Origin: a virus
Virus record (IMG/VR): IMGVR_UViG_3300021185_001231
Strand: one strand, 5' to 3'
DNA length: 64,000 nt
This document shows, in pieces, positions 27,186 through 36,930 of this stretch (the stretch's first letter is position 1; each line of letters begins with the position of its first letter). A model generated the notes under the pieces. It did not search any database. It was given only the letters and a program-made list of their open reading frames with translations, and was not told where the DNA came from. The translations under genes and the position numbers were made by a program.

Positions 27186-28055
27186 ATGTTTTTCAATACA
27201 AAAAACGAAACAATTTTAAGGGAGACTGACGAAAACGGACCAGTCTATCAATATGTTCTAGGACATGAGAAAGAAAAAATGTCACGTGACCTAAATGGTC
27301 AGTTAAACGATAACATAAAAAATAATAAACTTTACCTTCGTCACTCCTCTAACAGAGTAAATACAGTAGAAGAAGTTCTGTCAAGATGTCCGATGTATTG
27401 TAACTTCCTAAGAACAAAGGATTATAAAAATATTCTTTTTGTTGGACATTTTAATGACGGACAGACATCTTGGTTACTTCCGAGAGACGCTTATAGACAT
27501 GTAGATCTTATGTCCCCAGAAAGGGCTCATTTAGATCAATTATCAGATCCTAATATAGTTTTACAGTTTATTCCTATGATATGGAAGATGTTCGGATACA
27601 AGGGAGATATAAAGGTTTGCAGTCCCTCAGAAAGTCGTCATAGAGGAATAATGCACGCTATGTATAGAAACAACGGTCTAAGAGATTGCACTTTGCAAAG
27701 TAACAAACAATATCGTCACGGTATGGATAAGTTTGAGTGGAATGTATCTTTATCTGGAGGACAGGAAAAGTTTGATGCGGTAGTTTTCTTGGGAGTTCCT
27801 AAGAATGCCGAAGTTTTCGCAGAGATTGCGGTAAGAGAATGTTTTTCTCCGATATGTACCCCCGACTTCGATTTAGTAGATATGTACTACAATCAGGGGG
27901 ATTCTGAAAAATTTGTTCTATCCAGAAAGAAAGATAATACAGAATCCCTGACTAGAGTCTTTTCAAACCGTAGCGAATGGGACTCTGATATAAAATCTTC
28001 CGGTGGTAGACCAGAAGAGTACATGTTAATGGATCGTATTATCTCAGTATATTAA
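27186..28055 (+). CDS. Hypothetical protein
   Basis: 289 aa ORF with RBS; no recognised motif. Confidence 0.7.
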   Translation: MFFNTKNETILRETDENGPVYQYVLGHEKEKMSRDLNGQLNDNIKNNKLYLRHSSNRVNTVEEVLSRCPMYCNFLRTKDYKNILFVGHFNDGQTSWLLPRDAYRHVDLMSPERAHLDQLSDPNIVLQFIPMIWKMFGYKGDIKVCSPSESRHRGIMHAMYRNNGLRDCTLQSNKQYRHGMDKFEWNVSLSGGQEKFDAVVFLGVPKNAEVFAEIAVRECFSPICTPDFDLVDMYYNQGDSEKFVLSRKKDNTESLTRVFSNRSEWDSDIKSSGGRPEEYMLMDRIISVY

Positions 28056-28199
28056 TGCTAAAATAAAAGCGACAGCACACCAAATTAGAACGTTTGGTTT
28101 ATACAGCCAAACGTTCTTAAAGTCGTGTAAAGTATATTCAATAAAACTCTTCACTTTAGGCAGATTATCTTCTGCAAATTCTTTCATAATATCAATCAT
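28044..28199 (-). CDS. Small membrane protein (51 aa), missed by ORF track
   Basis: MIDIMKEFAEDNLPKVKSFIEYTLHDFKNVWLYKPNVLIWCAVAFILALIY; GAGG RBS. Confidence 0.6.
   Translation of the reverse strand: MIDIMKEFAEDNLPKVKSFIEYTLHDFKNVWLYKPNVLIWCAVAFILALIY
28087..28117. other. 11-bp inverted repeat at junction of convergent transcription
   Basis: AGAACGTTTGG-N9-CCAAACGTTCT. Confidence 0.5.
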
Positions 28200-28833
28200 T
28201 TTTATCCTCTTTAATAGCAATTACTTTCACGTTTTTTCCAATAGGAAACTTTATTTTATCATGTCTGTGATAAATTGTAAAGCTTATTTCTGGAAATTCT
28301 TTAAAAAAGTTTGACCAAATAGGTCTCCAGTTTGTGGCGAGTCTGTGAGTATTCAAAGAACTTCTATCAGACTCTAATACCAAATCTGTACAACTTCTTA
28401 GATTTAGATCAAACATAGAATCAAATCCATACAGATGTACCTCGGTTGCTCGCATCTTTCTACAGGCATAATCTACTGCCATATGACCACAACTATAGTT
28501 GGTCGCTGCCTGAGACTTCGCATGACCCGGCAGTTGGGCATATGGAGGTACATGAGTCCAGAACCCTTTGATGTTCTGAGAATATTTTAAATAGAATGCT
28601 GGGTGAGATTCCATCCATCTTCTAGGTCTATTCCCTAAGACCCAGTCATACATTCCAAGATTAACACTACCTTCAGTCAGAGCAGCCATCATCTTGAAGT
28701 CTACCATACAACTTGCATAGACTTCTTCTTTAGTTAACTGCATTGGAGGCATATTACACACTAACAATTTACCTTCGGTACCTCTTTTAAAGAGATCCGC
28801 CCAATCACCATTACCCAAAACATTAACTCTCAT
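28192..28833 (-). CDS. Glycosyltransferase-like Rossmann protein (DUF115/sialyltransferase-like)
   Basis: VLGNG...CN...SCG..A...EVHLYGFD. Confidence 0.6.
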   Translation of the reverse strand: MRVNVLGNGDWADLFKRGTEGKLLVCNMPPMQLTKEEVYASCMVDFKMMAALTEGSVNLGMYDWVLGNRPRRWMESHPAFYLKYSQNIKGFWTHVPPYAQLPGHAKSQAATNYSCGHMAVDYACRKMRATEVHLYGFDSMFDLNLRSCTDLVLESDRSSLNTHRLATNWRPIWSNFFKEFPEISFTIYHRHDKIKFPIGKNVKVIAIKEDKND

Positions 28834-29306
28834 TATAGACCCATCTTCTCAGCTAACATGGTATATTCTCCGTCTTCGCATTTTGGAAGACCGAGTTTCT
28901 CCATCAATAAATCTCTATTGACCAGATGTTCATCTTCGATGTCATCCTTAGATTGACCAAAATATTCGACAGCATAGTGATCTCGTATCATAATATTGTT
29001 TACTGTCATTTCCGAATCAGTTTCGTGATCGTAGACAACAAATTCTCCGAGGACTCTTCCGTACTTTCCTTTGTTGTCCAGTCTAGTGCGGAGTGTGCAT
29101 CTCTCCCCCAATTTCTCTGTAAGAAACTTTGATGCAGTCTTTCCAAAGATTTTCTCGATAGGATCTCTCGTGCGCGACTCAGGAGTATCGATACCATATA
29201 ACCTAACGCGCTGATTAGCAAAAACGACACCAAAACCAAGATTAATGTCAACATCCACAGTATCACCATCAACGACTCTAATAATTTTCGCACTGTATTC
29301 ATACAT
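28833..29306 (-). CDS. Thermonuclease (SNase-like)
   Basis: RVVDGDT, RVRLYGIDTPE, GKYGRVLG. Confidence 0.92.
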   Translation of the reverse strand: MYEYSAKIIRVVDGDTVDVDINLGFGVVFANQRVRLYGIDTPESRTRDPIEKIFGKTASKFLTEKLGERCTLRTRLDNKGKYGRVLGEFVVYDHETDSEMTVNNIMIRDHYAVEYFGQSKDDIEDEHLVNRDLLMEKLGLPKCEDGEYTMLAEKMGL

Positions 29307-29308
29307 TA

Positions 29309-29836
29309 TTATTCTCCACTTTCTTCTTCTATGTTGTCATCAATAGTGACATTTCTATAATATACAATAACTTCTCCGAGCTCTCGTATGTATCTTCTTA
29401 GTTCTTGGGTGTTGGTTGACATCATTTTATAGTCTCCAACAGTCATAGCGACAAACACAACTTTGCCATCATTCTTATCTTTCATCTCGTCTAAGAATCT
29501 ATCTAAGTATGTATAACCCACAGACCAACTGGGATTTTCTCTCTCACCCATGTCACAATCTTTCGGTCTTTTAAATCTCTCGTTGCCCTTATCGTCAAAT
29601 CTTTTTGGGTCAAATGATAGTGTAGCTTTACAAGGATTGGCAACAACAGCCTCAGATGCGACATACCACTTTGGGTTCTCCAACTGGATTGGTCTCGGTA
29701 GTGTCGGTTGTATTATCTCAATCTTTACGGGCTTTGTTATAACCTGAATTTCTTTCTCTCCGAAAATATTCTGGAGAGTACTACAACCACTAAGGAGTGT
29801 CAGTAGTGCCAAGCTCACTAATTTTTTTGCTGTCAT
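29309..29836 (-). CDS. o-spanin (Rz1-like lipoprotein)
   Basis: Signal peptide with lipobox LLSGC; Pro-rich linker; LRRYI...I.YY; overlaps i-spanin. Confidence 0.75.
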   Translation of the reverse strand: MTAKKLVSLALLTLLSGCSTLQNIFGEKEIQVITKPVKIEIIQPTLPRPIQLENPKWYVASEAVVANPCKATLSFDPKRFDDKGNERFKRPKDCDMGERENPSWSVGYTYLDRFLDEMKDKNDGKVVFVAMTVGDYKMMSTNTQELRRYIRELGEVIVYYRNVTIDDNIEEESGE

Positions 29837-30173
29837 TCTCTATGTCTCCAAATACTTCTGATGTACCATTGTTAAATCTTATCTCCATAAGACCCGGCTT
29901 TACTTGTGAAAGTTTATCAAAATTATGTCTAGAAAATATGGCAAGATACTGATCCTTCTCTTGTTCTATTTGACTATAATTTCTTTGTAGATTTGTGAGA
30001 GATTCTCCCTGTTTCTCATAGGACCTTTGGAGAACATTTATAGTTTCTTTTTGTTCTTCGAATGCAGTTTCTAATTTGACTGCGTTTTCTTTTAGAGTTT
30101 CATTCTCAGAATACAACCACCAAGAACCCAGACTTAGAACTAGTATTATTCCTACAAATAATTGATTGAACAT
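29790..30173 (-). CDS. i-spanin (Rz-like)
   Basis: N-terminal TM, coiled coil, KPGL.E...N.GT. Confidence 0.75.
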   Translation of the reverse strand: MFNQLFVGIILVLSLGSWWLYSENETLKENAVKLETAFEEQKETINVLQRSYEKQGESLTNLQRNYSQIEQEKDQYLAIFSRHNFDKLSQVKPGLMEIRFNNGTSEVFGDIENDSKKISELGTTDTP

Positions 30174-30385
30174 AATTTATTTTCCTTTCTAAGTCTTTTA
30201 TTATTTTCAAGTACTATTTTATAAGCACTTGTTACTTTGTCAACCTTCGACATTAACGATTCTACAGTTCTCTTCTGTACTTCTATGGTTTTTTCTTGTG
30301 AAGAAATTTTACTCTGTGTGGATTTATAATAAACCCCAAATACAGAAGACGTTACTAATATAACTAAAATTAAATATTTACTCAC
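30152..30385 (-). CDS. Membrane-anchored coiled-coil protein (spanin-like)
   Basis: N-terminal TM plus coiled coil. Confidence 0.55.
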   Translation of the reverse strand: MSKYLILVILVTSSVFGVYYKSTQSKISSQEKTIEVQKRTVESLMSKVDKVTSAYKIVLENNKRLRKENKLCSINYL

Positions 30386-30798
30386 GACCTTTCCTTGTCC
30401 GAAATTCTAGTTCTTAGTTCTGAAGAAGAGAACCTGTGTGAACGCTCATTAAAGTAATTGAGTATACTTCTTTTCTTACATATATCCTTACCAGTGAAGT
30501 CTTTTTCTAGATATTCTTCTCCTAGTATTCTTACATCAATACGATACATAGAAAGAATATCCTCCAAATCCTGTTCGGTCACATAAGGAATTATTTCATC
30601 AACATAACCCACAGCATTTAATTGCGTGTACCTCTCCACTATTGTTTGTATGGGAGAGTTTTTTTTATCTCTTTCTATAGAGGGGTCTACCTGTAGTCCA
30701 ACTATAAGATAGTCGCATTGTTCTTTAGCATCACGTAACATTGTTATATGACCAGAATGTAACAAATCAAAAGCCGAACAAGTAAATCCTACTTTCAT
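30382..30798 (-). CDS. Glycerol-3-phosphate cytidylyltransferase-like (TagD family)
   Basis: FDLLHSGH and R.H.FSSSELR. Confidence 0.88.
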   Translation of the reverse strand: MKVGFTCSAFDLLHSGHITMLRDAKEQCDYLIVGLQVDPSIERDKKNSPIQTIVERYTQLNAVGYVDEIIPYVTEQDLEDILSMYRIDVRILGEEYLEKDFTGKDICKKRSILNYFNERSHRFSSSELRTRISDKERS

Positions 30799-31451
30799 TT
30801 CATCATTTTCCTAATTTTATCATTACCCTTACTTCCCGTGTGATGGATAATAAGGGGGTTTTTAACCTCTATACCGTCCACAGAATCCAATCTAAGCGAG
30901 TTAAACTTATGGGGTAGGGGTTCTATAACCCCTATCTTCTCTATTTCTGTCATAGAGTAATGTAGGACTTGTTGATCACTTTCAACAGGTTTTTTTTCAC
31001 AAGCTAATACCCAATTCCTGAGATTCCAGTTTCTGCCCGTAAGAACAACCCCACTATTATACCAAGGGCCATTATCAGGTCTTCTTTTAGACCAAGGTCG
31101 ATCATGCACCATTCCAATTTTATCTTCTTTGTAATAATCAAATATAGAACTTATATCAGAAACAACTTCACAATCAGTGTCTAACCAGCAAACTGTCCTG
31201 TTAAGGTATGCCGCTTCGTATATGGTCCTAGGTTTTTTGAACCAACCCTTCACGTCCTCCCCAACCCGATTTACTTTATATGGTACGTATACGTCAACGT
31301 CAATAGACGAAAGATGTTCTAACATTTCTTCAGACATACCAAAGTCAGCTACTCGTATAGGAGTACTATTGTTTCTAAAATAATTATTTAGAAACCACGG
31401 TAGTTGCCATTCCGTATTTTTATCGCAACCTGTAAGAAATATATTATTCAT
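30795..31451 (-). CDS. GT-A glycosyltransferase (GT8/GT77-like) (start corrected)
   Basis: WFKKP, WLDTD, YNSGV, SDQ..L, HHTG. Confidence 0.75.
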   Translation of the reverse strand: MNNIFLTGCDKNTEWQLPWFLNNYFRNNSTPIRVADFGMSEEMLEHLSSIDVDVYVPYKVNRVGEDVKGWFKKPRTIYEAAYLNRTVCWLDTDCEVVSDISSIFDYYKEDKIGMVHDRPWSKRRPDNGPWYNSGVVLTGRNWNLRNWVLACEKKPVESDQQVLHYSMTEIEKIGVIEPLPHKFNSLRLDSVDGIEVKNPLIIHHTGSKGNDKIRKMMK

Positions 31452-31496
31452 ACATCTATATACACATAGAATAAATATTACTATTTGCCACATAAT

Positions 31497-31531
31497 AAAA
31501 AGGACAGACGAAAAATATTCACCTGTCCTTT
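31497..31531 (-). terminator. Rho-independent terminator
   Basis: AAAGGACAGGTGAA-loop-TTCGTCTGTCCTTTTT. Confidence 0.7.
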
Positions 31532-31568
31532 GTAATTGTTATTCGTAATATGAAATTTATTTTTAGTT

Positions 31569-32222
31569 TTAATTTAAATGGGTTAGTATACTTTCTATTT
31601 GTTCTTCTGTAAATACGCTCTTGGATATTCCTACACTGTCATCATACCCCATATTCTCACTTTCTCTTAGATTTTTAATCTGGGATTTTTCTATTATGAC
31701 ATCTACCACCGACAAATCTACACCGTCACTATTAAGTTCTCCTACACATCTGTGAAGTATTCTGGAGATTACTGACTCAGGATTCGCAATTAAGTTTTCG
31801 TAGGAAATTATTTCTCCCCAATTCACATCTCTAATGTTATCTTCAAAAATTCTGTATGTGACTAATCCAGCTGGACCATCGATGAAGTCTTCGAAGGTTA
31901 ATTCTGGATGTCTTTTTAGATCAGATAGATAACAAACTGCGAAACAATCTAGAGGATCCCTAACAATTTTAATGCACTGTTCTGGATCAAGTCTCCATAG
32001 AATGTTAACGTCAGTGTCGTGATCCATACCATCCATACCCAGATGAGTAGGCACCAAAGGATGGAATCCATATTCGTTACCAGTAAAAGCAGTCTCTATA
32101 GAAGACTTTCCCTTTGCCCCATACTTTTCTATAATGTACTGTCCAACCAAAGAAGCAACTAAAAAGGCGCCACCTGTGGGATAACTTACAGCAAATCTTG
32201 AACGCTGTTCTTGTGTTTTCAT
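31569..32222 (-). CDS. Sulfotransferase-fold protein with degenerate PAPS motifs
   Basis: VSYPTGG, IVRDPLD, ISYENLIANP, C-terminal VG..K..FTEEQ. Confidence 0.65.
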   Translation of the reverse strand: MKTQEQRSRFAVSYPTGGAFLVASLVGQYIIEKYGAKGKSSIETAFTGNEYGFHPLVPTHLGMDGMDHDTDVNILWRLDPEQCIKIVRDPLDCFAVCYLSDLKRHPELTFEDFIDGPAGLVTYRIFEDNIRDVNWGEIISYENLIANPESVISRILHRCVGELNSDGVDLSVVDVIIEKSQIKNLRESENMGYDDSVGISKSVFTEEQIESILTHLN

Positions 32223-32280
32223 AGAATTTTCCTCGTTAGTTCTTCTACGTTTGTCCTTTAAGAAAGGTATTTTCTAATAC

Positions 32281-32288
32281 TATTTATA
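32281..32288 (-). promoter_or_regulatory. T4-type late promoter
   Basis: TATAAATA. Confidence 0.7.
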
Positions 32289-32315
32289 AAAATAACCAAC
32301 TATATATCAACATTT

Positions 32316-33308
32316 TCACAAGTTTTCTGGGGTTTGGAAATCTTTTAAATCAAATTCTGTTCCATGCATTTTCATAAGATCTCTCTCATGGTTAGTATAC
32401 ACTAGAACTTCCGGATCGTCAATTAAGAAATCACAATTTTTACAGAAGTCTGGGTAGTTTCCGGAAGTATGTTGTTCTCTCAGTTCAGTATATTGAGGAC
32501 CGTTCCAAATCTCTTCTATAGTATTGTCTTCCATATGTCCCAACACAGCCTCAGTATCCCTACCAAGAACTTGACAACAAGGATGAACCGCACCACTTTT
32601 ACCGTCCAATCCTCCAGCACGGATAACTACGTCCGGAGAAAAGGGTCTTCCGCAAGTTTTTACTGAACCTGACCTAACACCCACATCCTCAATATCTTGC
32701 ACACCAGACCAGTTGTGCATTTTCCATATCTCAGTTTTTACACCCAGTTCATCGACAATTCTTTTATACTGCTCTAACTCTTGATCGATATTTTTATTAT
32801 CAGTGATGAGATGATATGTAGAAATTACACAATCAGAACCACTAGAATTAACATACTCTACCATTTCCTCAATATTCTGACGAATACCAGCGTATGTTCC
32901 TCCTACCGCATTGTGCATCCATTTAGTGTAGTCTTCTTGGTTTGAACCAATGAAGGAGAATCTATAGAAATCAAGACCAGCATCAACACAATCTCTCATG
33001 TACTTACCTTCCATTTTGAATCCATTAGAAAAGATAAAACATTTAGCTCCATATTTCTTTACAACTTTAATGAACTCCGGAAGTTTCTTTTGCATAGTCG
33101 CTTCACCGGAACCGTCTAAATTTATAACCCTTACTCCGTATTTCGCACAATCGGCCACATAACCTTCAAATTCCTCAAGTTTCATCATACGACGAAACCC
33201 CTTGTCTCTACCACCTTCACGCAAATCCTGTGGGCACATACTGCAAGAATAGTTACAACCACCCACAACTTCTATTACAGCTCTGTCTATATGTAATGGT
33301 AATTTCAT
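32316..33308 (-). CDS. Radical SAM protein with SPASM/twitch domain
   Basis: CNYSCSMC; C-terminal CGRPF...HPCC...CKNC. Confidence 0.92.
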   Translation of the reverse strand: MKLPLHIDRAVIEVVGGCNYSCSMCPQDLREGGRDKGFRRMMKLEEFEGYVADCAKYGVRVINLDGSGEATMQKKLPEFIKVVKKYGAKCFIFSNGFKMEGKYMRDCVDAGLDFYRFSFIGSNQEDYTKWMHNAVGGTYAGIRQNIEEMVEYVNSSGSDCVISTYHLITDNKNIDQELEQYKRIVDELGVKTEIWKMHNWSGVQDIEDVGVRSGSVKTCGRPFSPDVVIRAGGLDGKSGAVHPCCQVLGRDTEAVLGHMEDNTIEEIWNGPQYTELREQHTSGNYPDFCKNCDFLIDDPEVLVYTNHERDLMKMHGTEFDLKDFQTPENL

Positions 33309-34171
33309 TGTCTAAGTTCTCTTATTCTCTCTCTAAAATTGTCGGCTTTTTTCTGGGAGTGTTCCAACATTATTTCAGGGTTATCTACCCAAAACCATAT
33401 ACTTGCATCAACTTCGGAATTGTGACTGGTTCTTACTGCATATTTAGTATGATACTTGGTAACTCCCTCTTCACTTATTACTATTAGAGGTTTGCAGAAG
33501 TTCTTTGCGACATAGTGCCACATACCATCATAACATATAACCTGTCTACAAGTAGAAATATGCCACATAGCTTCTCTTATGGGAGTTCTGTATGTCAGTT
33601 CGACCATCTGAAAACCATGAGATTTTAATTTATCTATTATAACATCCCAATCGTTGTTTGTCAACTGTCTCTTCCAAGTTCTTGGAGTTTCAGCGTTAAA
33701 TGTGGGTCTCCAAAAAACTATTTTATTAGGAACAATATCTAAAAAGACATCCTCCCGAAAAATCCAATCATTATCAGGAACCTGATCTCCTTCTTTATCA
33801 GAATATCTTCCAGACTCAAAATAAAACCTAGTTTTGTCAAAATGTTTTGCAACTTGTCTCTTAGATCCATCAGGCATAAGTTCCGTGTCGTCTTCATACT
33901 TCCAAGAACTATAACGACCATTAGAATTAATCATATGCGATATTTGAACATCCTCTTTTCTATCATAAAACCTGTGCATGTATTGCATTCTTTCTATAAT
34001 GGTTTCTGGGTCCTCAAAGTGATGGATATGATTCTCGCCATGAGACCAATGCATTTCTAGGTCTATCGGAGTTTTGGTTCTCCAAGAATGTAAATGGACA
34101 CTATTCAACGCCCACATAAAATCTCCAACCCCAGGCGTTCCTCTCCAAGTTACCAATTCACGTTTTAACAT
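33305..34171 (-). CDS. GT-B glycosyltransferase-like protein (GT9-like)
   Basis: GVGD near N-terminus; YDGMWHYVA...KP.IVI. Confidence 0.55.
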   Translation of the reverse strand: MLKRELVTWRGTPGVGDFMWALNSVHLHSWRTKTPIDLEMHWSHGENHIHHFEDPETIIERMQYMHRFYDRKEDVQISHMINSNGRYSSWKYEDDTELMPDGSKRQVAKHFDKTRFYFESGRYSDKEGDQVPDNDWIFREDVFLDIVPNKIVFWRPTFNAETPRTWKRQLTNNDWDVIIDKLKSHGFQMVELTYRTPIREAMWHISTCRQVICYDGMWHYVAKNFCKPLIVISEEGVTKYHTKYAVRTSHNSEVDASIWFWVDNPEIMLEHSQKKADNFRERIRELRQ

Positions 34172-34527
34172 TATTTTTTGGTGCCTATGGCTTCCTTCGC
34201 GTAGAATGCTGCGACTATAGCTGCAACCGAAACAAAGTATGTGGGAGCCATAGAACCTAGGGTCTTTGTAGCTTCATCTAATCCCACAACAGATGCGAGT
34301 ACGACTGCGAATGGATATAACAACATACCATAGAGAGAAAACCAAGCCATCTTCCTCTGTGCGTCTCGCATTGCATCAGCGTCTTCCAATTCCTTTCTTT
34401 TGAACTCCATATGCATTTCTAGTTCAGTTTCCGTTACGTGTCCATCACCATTAGTATCAGCTTTGGCTAGAGAACCATCACTATCCACTGTGAGTGTTTT
34501 TTCTTTTATTTTCGCTGCTTTTGCCAT
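34171..34527 (-). CDS. Two-TM membrane protein with EF-hand-like motif (holin candidate)
   Basis: DTNGDGHVTETE plus two hydrophobic helices; late promoter upstream. Confidence 0.6.
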   Translation of the reverse strand: MAKAAKIKEKTLTVDSDGSLAKADTNGDGHVTETELEMHMEFKRKELEDADAMRDAQRKMAWFSLYGMLLYPFAVVLASVVGLDEATKTLGSMAPTYFVSVAAIVAAFYAKEAIGTKK

Positions 34528-34562
34528 TTTAAAAACCTTAATTATATATTAATTTATGTGCC

Positions 34563-34570
34563 TATTTATA
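34563..34570 (-). promoter_or_regulatory. T4-type late promoter
   Basis: TATAAATA. Confidence 0.75.
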
Positions 34571-34572
34571 AT

Positions 34573-34596
34573 AAAAAAACCCTTCCGAAGAAGGGC
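34573..34596 (-). terminator. Rho-independent terminator
   Basis: CCCTTC-TTCG-GAAGGG-T7; same hairpin as 12602. Confidence 0.9.
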
Positions 34597-34618
34597 AAAA
34601 CGAACAGGAAAACATTAA

Positions 34619-34870
34619 TTATACTAACCACCACCGATATATTCCCCACAGATCAATTGTAGTAAACATAATATTCTGTGTCAACATAGGACGATCTTTC
34701 CAAAAAACATAGATGAAAATTATATGTCCGATAAAAAATAGAATATATCCCCATCGACTTATTTCTATATTACTACTTAGTAAAATTCCAGCTGTAAAAA
34801 ATAATATAGTGCCTATCCACTTAAGAACAGATACTTGTTTATCAGTTCTCGGAGACAACAATGTCATCAT
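34619..34870 (-). CDS. Small multi-TM membrane protein
   Basis: Three hydrophobic segments; ends GIYRWW. Confidence 0.7.
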   Translation of the reverse strand: MMTLLSPRTDKQVSVLKWIGTILFFTAGILLSSNIEISRWGYILFFIGHIIFIYVFWKDRPMLTQNIMFTTIDLWGIYRWWLV

Positions 34871-35153
34871 AATATAAGGACCTTTCTTCTTCACTCGAAA
34901 ATAAGTTAGACCATATTTTTAGTTTATCTAATTTTTTTTGTCTAGAATTTTCTACGGCACTATAAGAAACAACTTCCCATTCCTGTAGTAGTTCGATCAT
35001 ACAAACCAAGTCTCCCACCTCTTTAGCGAGTCGATTTATATTGTATTTTTCTTGACCAAACCTCTTTACCTTAGAAGCTTCCTGTATGACTTCTGCACAC
35101 TCTTCTTGAAGAATGGTTAATAGTTCGGTAGCAGAATCGTTGTGTTTCAACAT
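34842..35153 (-). CDS. MazG-like nucleotide pyrophosphohydrolase
   Basis: QEECAEVIQEASK...EVGDL. Confidence 0.8.
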   Translation of the reverse strand: MLKHNDSATELLTILQEECAEVIQEASKVKRFGQEKYNINRLAKEVGDLVCMIELLQEWEVVSYSAVENSRQKKLDKLKIWSNLFSSEEERSLYYDDIVVSEN

Positions 35154-35155
35154 CT

Positions 35156-35431
35156 TTAGTCGGCCCAATCTTTATTTGGATTTTTTTCTTCAACTCTATT
35201 ACTATACATAGTTTCATTGAGTTGCACAGATGAAGTTTTTTCTACATCAAAAGAATCAAATACTACCTCTCTTATTACAGGTGGTTCTGAAGGAGCAGAC
35301 GCTCTAAAGAACTCAGAAATTTGTTCAGTTGTGATTGATTGCTTCTTATACACTTCTCCAGTGACAGGATTTTCCCATCCCTTTAAAGTGGGTACCGCAT
35401 GTGGACACCAGTTAGGCGCTTTAATAGTCAT
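35156..35431 (-). CDS. Hypothetical protein
   Basis: APNW..AVPT..GW..P.TGE. Confidence 0.7.
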   Translation of the reverse strand: MTIKAPNWCPHAVPTLKGWENPVTGEVYKKQSITTEQISEFFRASAPSEPPVIREVVFDSFDVEKTSSVQLNETMYSNRVEEKNPNKDWAD

Positions 35432-35440
35432 AGTAACTCC

Positions 35441-36022
35441 TTATTCAGTAATAACTTTGTAAATTTCTTTCCAGTCTCGGACACGTGTTGCATGTCCTTT
35501 ATAATTAGCGTTATGTTCATGAGCGACCAACAAACTTTCTAAACCCATATTAGATCCAACATCACAGTTCTCAGGTTTGTCTTCTATCCAGTAACATCCA
35601 GTATCACGATACTCTTCTAAAGCCTCATCTTTATCGGCACCAGTATCTAAGTAAACATATTTTTCAAATGGTGTTGGACCGAACAATTCTATTAGGTTTT
35701 TTGTTCTCAGATGTTGTGCGTATTGGTCATTACTCAAACTAGTTATCGCGTGAAACACATAACCATGTTCTTCATGAAGTTTTCTAACGTACTTCATAGC
35801 GTCTCTGAGAGGGGGCAATTTACGAATCACCGCACTCTCATTGAACATTCTAACTAATCTCTTACCTTCTTCTCTAGATATGTTATATCTTTGGTTAATA
35901 CTATAAATCTTATCCGCATTCGAATCTAACTCATATCCATGACGATCCATCCACTGGGTGAATGCGTAGACCCAGTCTAACAATACGCCGTCACAGTCTA
36001 CTAATATTACTTTGTCTTTCAT
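35441..36022 (-). CDS. HAD-superfamily 5'(3')-nucleotidase
   Basis: DCDGVL, ITS, K, IEDK.EN. Confidence 0.85.
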   Translation of the reverse strand: MKDKVILVDCDGVLLDWVYAFTQWMDRHGYELDSNADKIYSINQRYNISREEGKRLVRMFNESAVIRKLPPLRDAMKYVRKLHEEHGYVFHAITSLSNDQYAQHLRTKNLIELFGPTPFEKYVYLDTGADKDEALEEYRDTGCYWIEDKPENCDVGSNMGLESLLVAHEHNANYKGHATRVRDWKEIYKVITE

Positions 36023-36045
36023 TTATATCTCCATTCAATACAGGT

Positions 36046-36074
36046 ATTATAACCTATTGAACTAGAAATGTCAA
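36046..36074 (-). promoter_or_regulatory. sigma70-type promoter
   Basis: TTGACA-N17-TATAAT. Confidence 0.85.
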
Positions 36075-36084
36075 GTGTTTTTTT

Positions 36085-36930
36085 TTATGGAACTAAAGTT
36101 CTTTCCCAAGGCATAACACTATACTTTTTTTCATACCAATGCCGAGTCATATCGATCTTCCAATCTCCTCCGGTATAATGACAGAAATTAGCCTTCTCGA
36201 AAAACTCCTCTTCTGTATCGTAATGTGGGGAATCGTTCCATTCCTGACCCAAACACTCTAAGTCAAACTCATGTTTTCCAAGTTGTGCAGAGATATAGGG
36301 TTGATCATTCATAATTGACATATGAAAAGATGGTTGCGAGTAACACCAATCTTCCCAAGAATCGAACTCTTCTCTCGCACGAAGTCTAGCTTCCTTAGTC
36401 CATATAACTACTCCAGTATTGAGGATTGTCAACTTGGATGGTCTACTTGGAGGTAAAGTTGGGAGTATAGGGCAGTTATGCATATTAAATTTAGAACAGA
36501 AATCGTTATAAGTACTTTCTTTATAGTCCCAAGAATTATATCCGCCACCATTAGATGTCACTATATCCGATTCTAATACACCATAAACTTCAGCGTCAAG
36601 ACAGCATTCATCAAATATGTTTTTTGTTGTGTTAACTACAATATCAGTATCAACAAATAGAACATTATCATATTTGTCAAACATAGGATCGTAAATTACT
36701 CGGAGACACTCGTAGAGAAGTGATGTCGAACAACCATGTCCTTCAGTGAATACTCTTTTATCAGAATAGTGATGGTCAGCGCAGATCAAATCTGCATATG
36801 CCTCGAAGGATTTTCTAGATATTGATGCACACTCCTGATAGAGTTCTGAACGGTTTCTTCCTTTGATGTCTCCACGTTGGTCGACAACATCACTTGTTAT
36901 CATATATTGGAAGATTGCGTTCTTAGACAT
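36085..36930 (-). CDS. GT-A glycosyltransferase
   Basis: LFVDTD, NTGV, NDQ.Y, WN, FCHY. Confidence 0.75.
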   Translation of the reverse strand: MSKNAIFQYMITSDVVDQRGDIKGRNRSELYQECASISRKSFEAYADLICADHHYSDKRVFTEGHGCSTSLLYECLRVIYDPMFDKYDNVLFVDTDIVVNTTKNIFDECCLDAEVYGVLESDIVTSNGGGYNSWDYKESTYNDFCSKFNMHNCPILPTLPPSRPSKLTILNTGVVIWTKEARLRAREEFDSWEDWCYSQPSFHMSIMNDQPYISAQLGKHEFDLECLGQEWNDSPHYDTEEEFFEKANFCHYTGGDWKIDMTRHWYEKKYSVMPWERTLVP

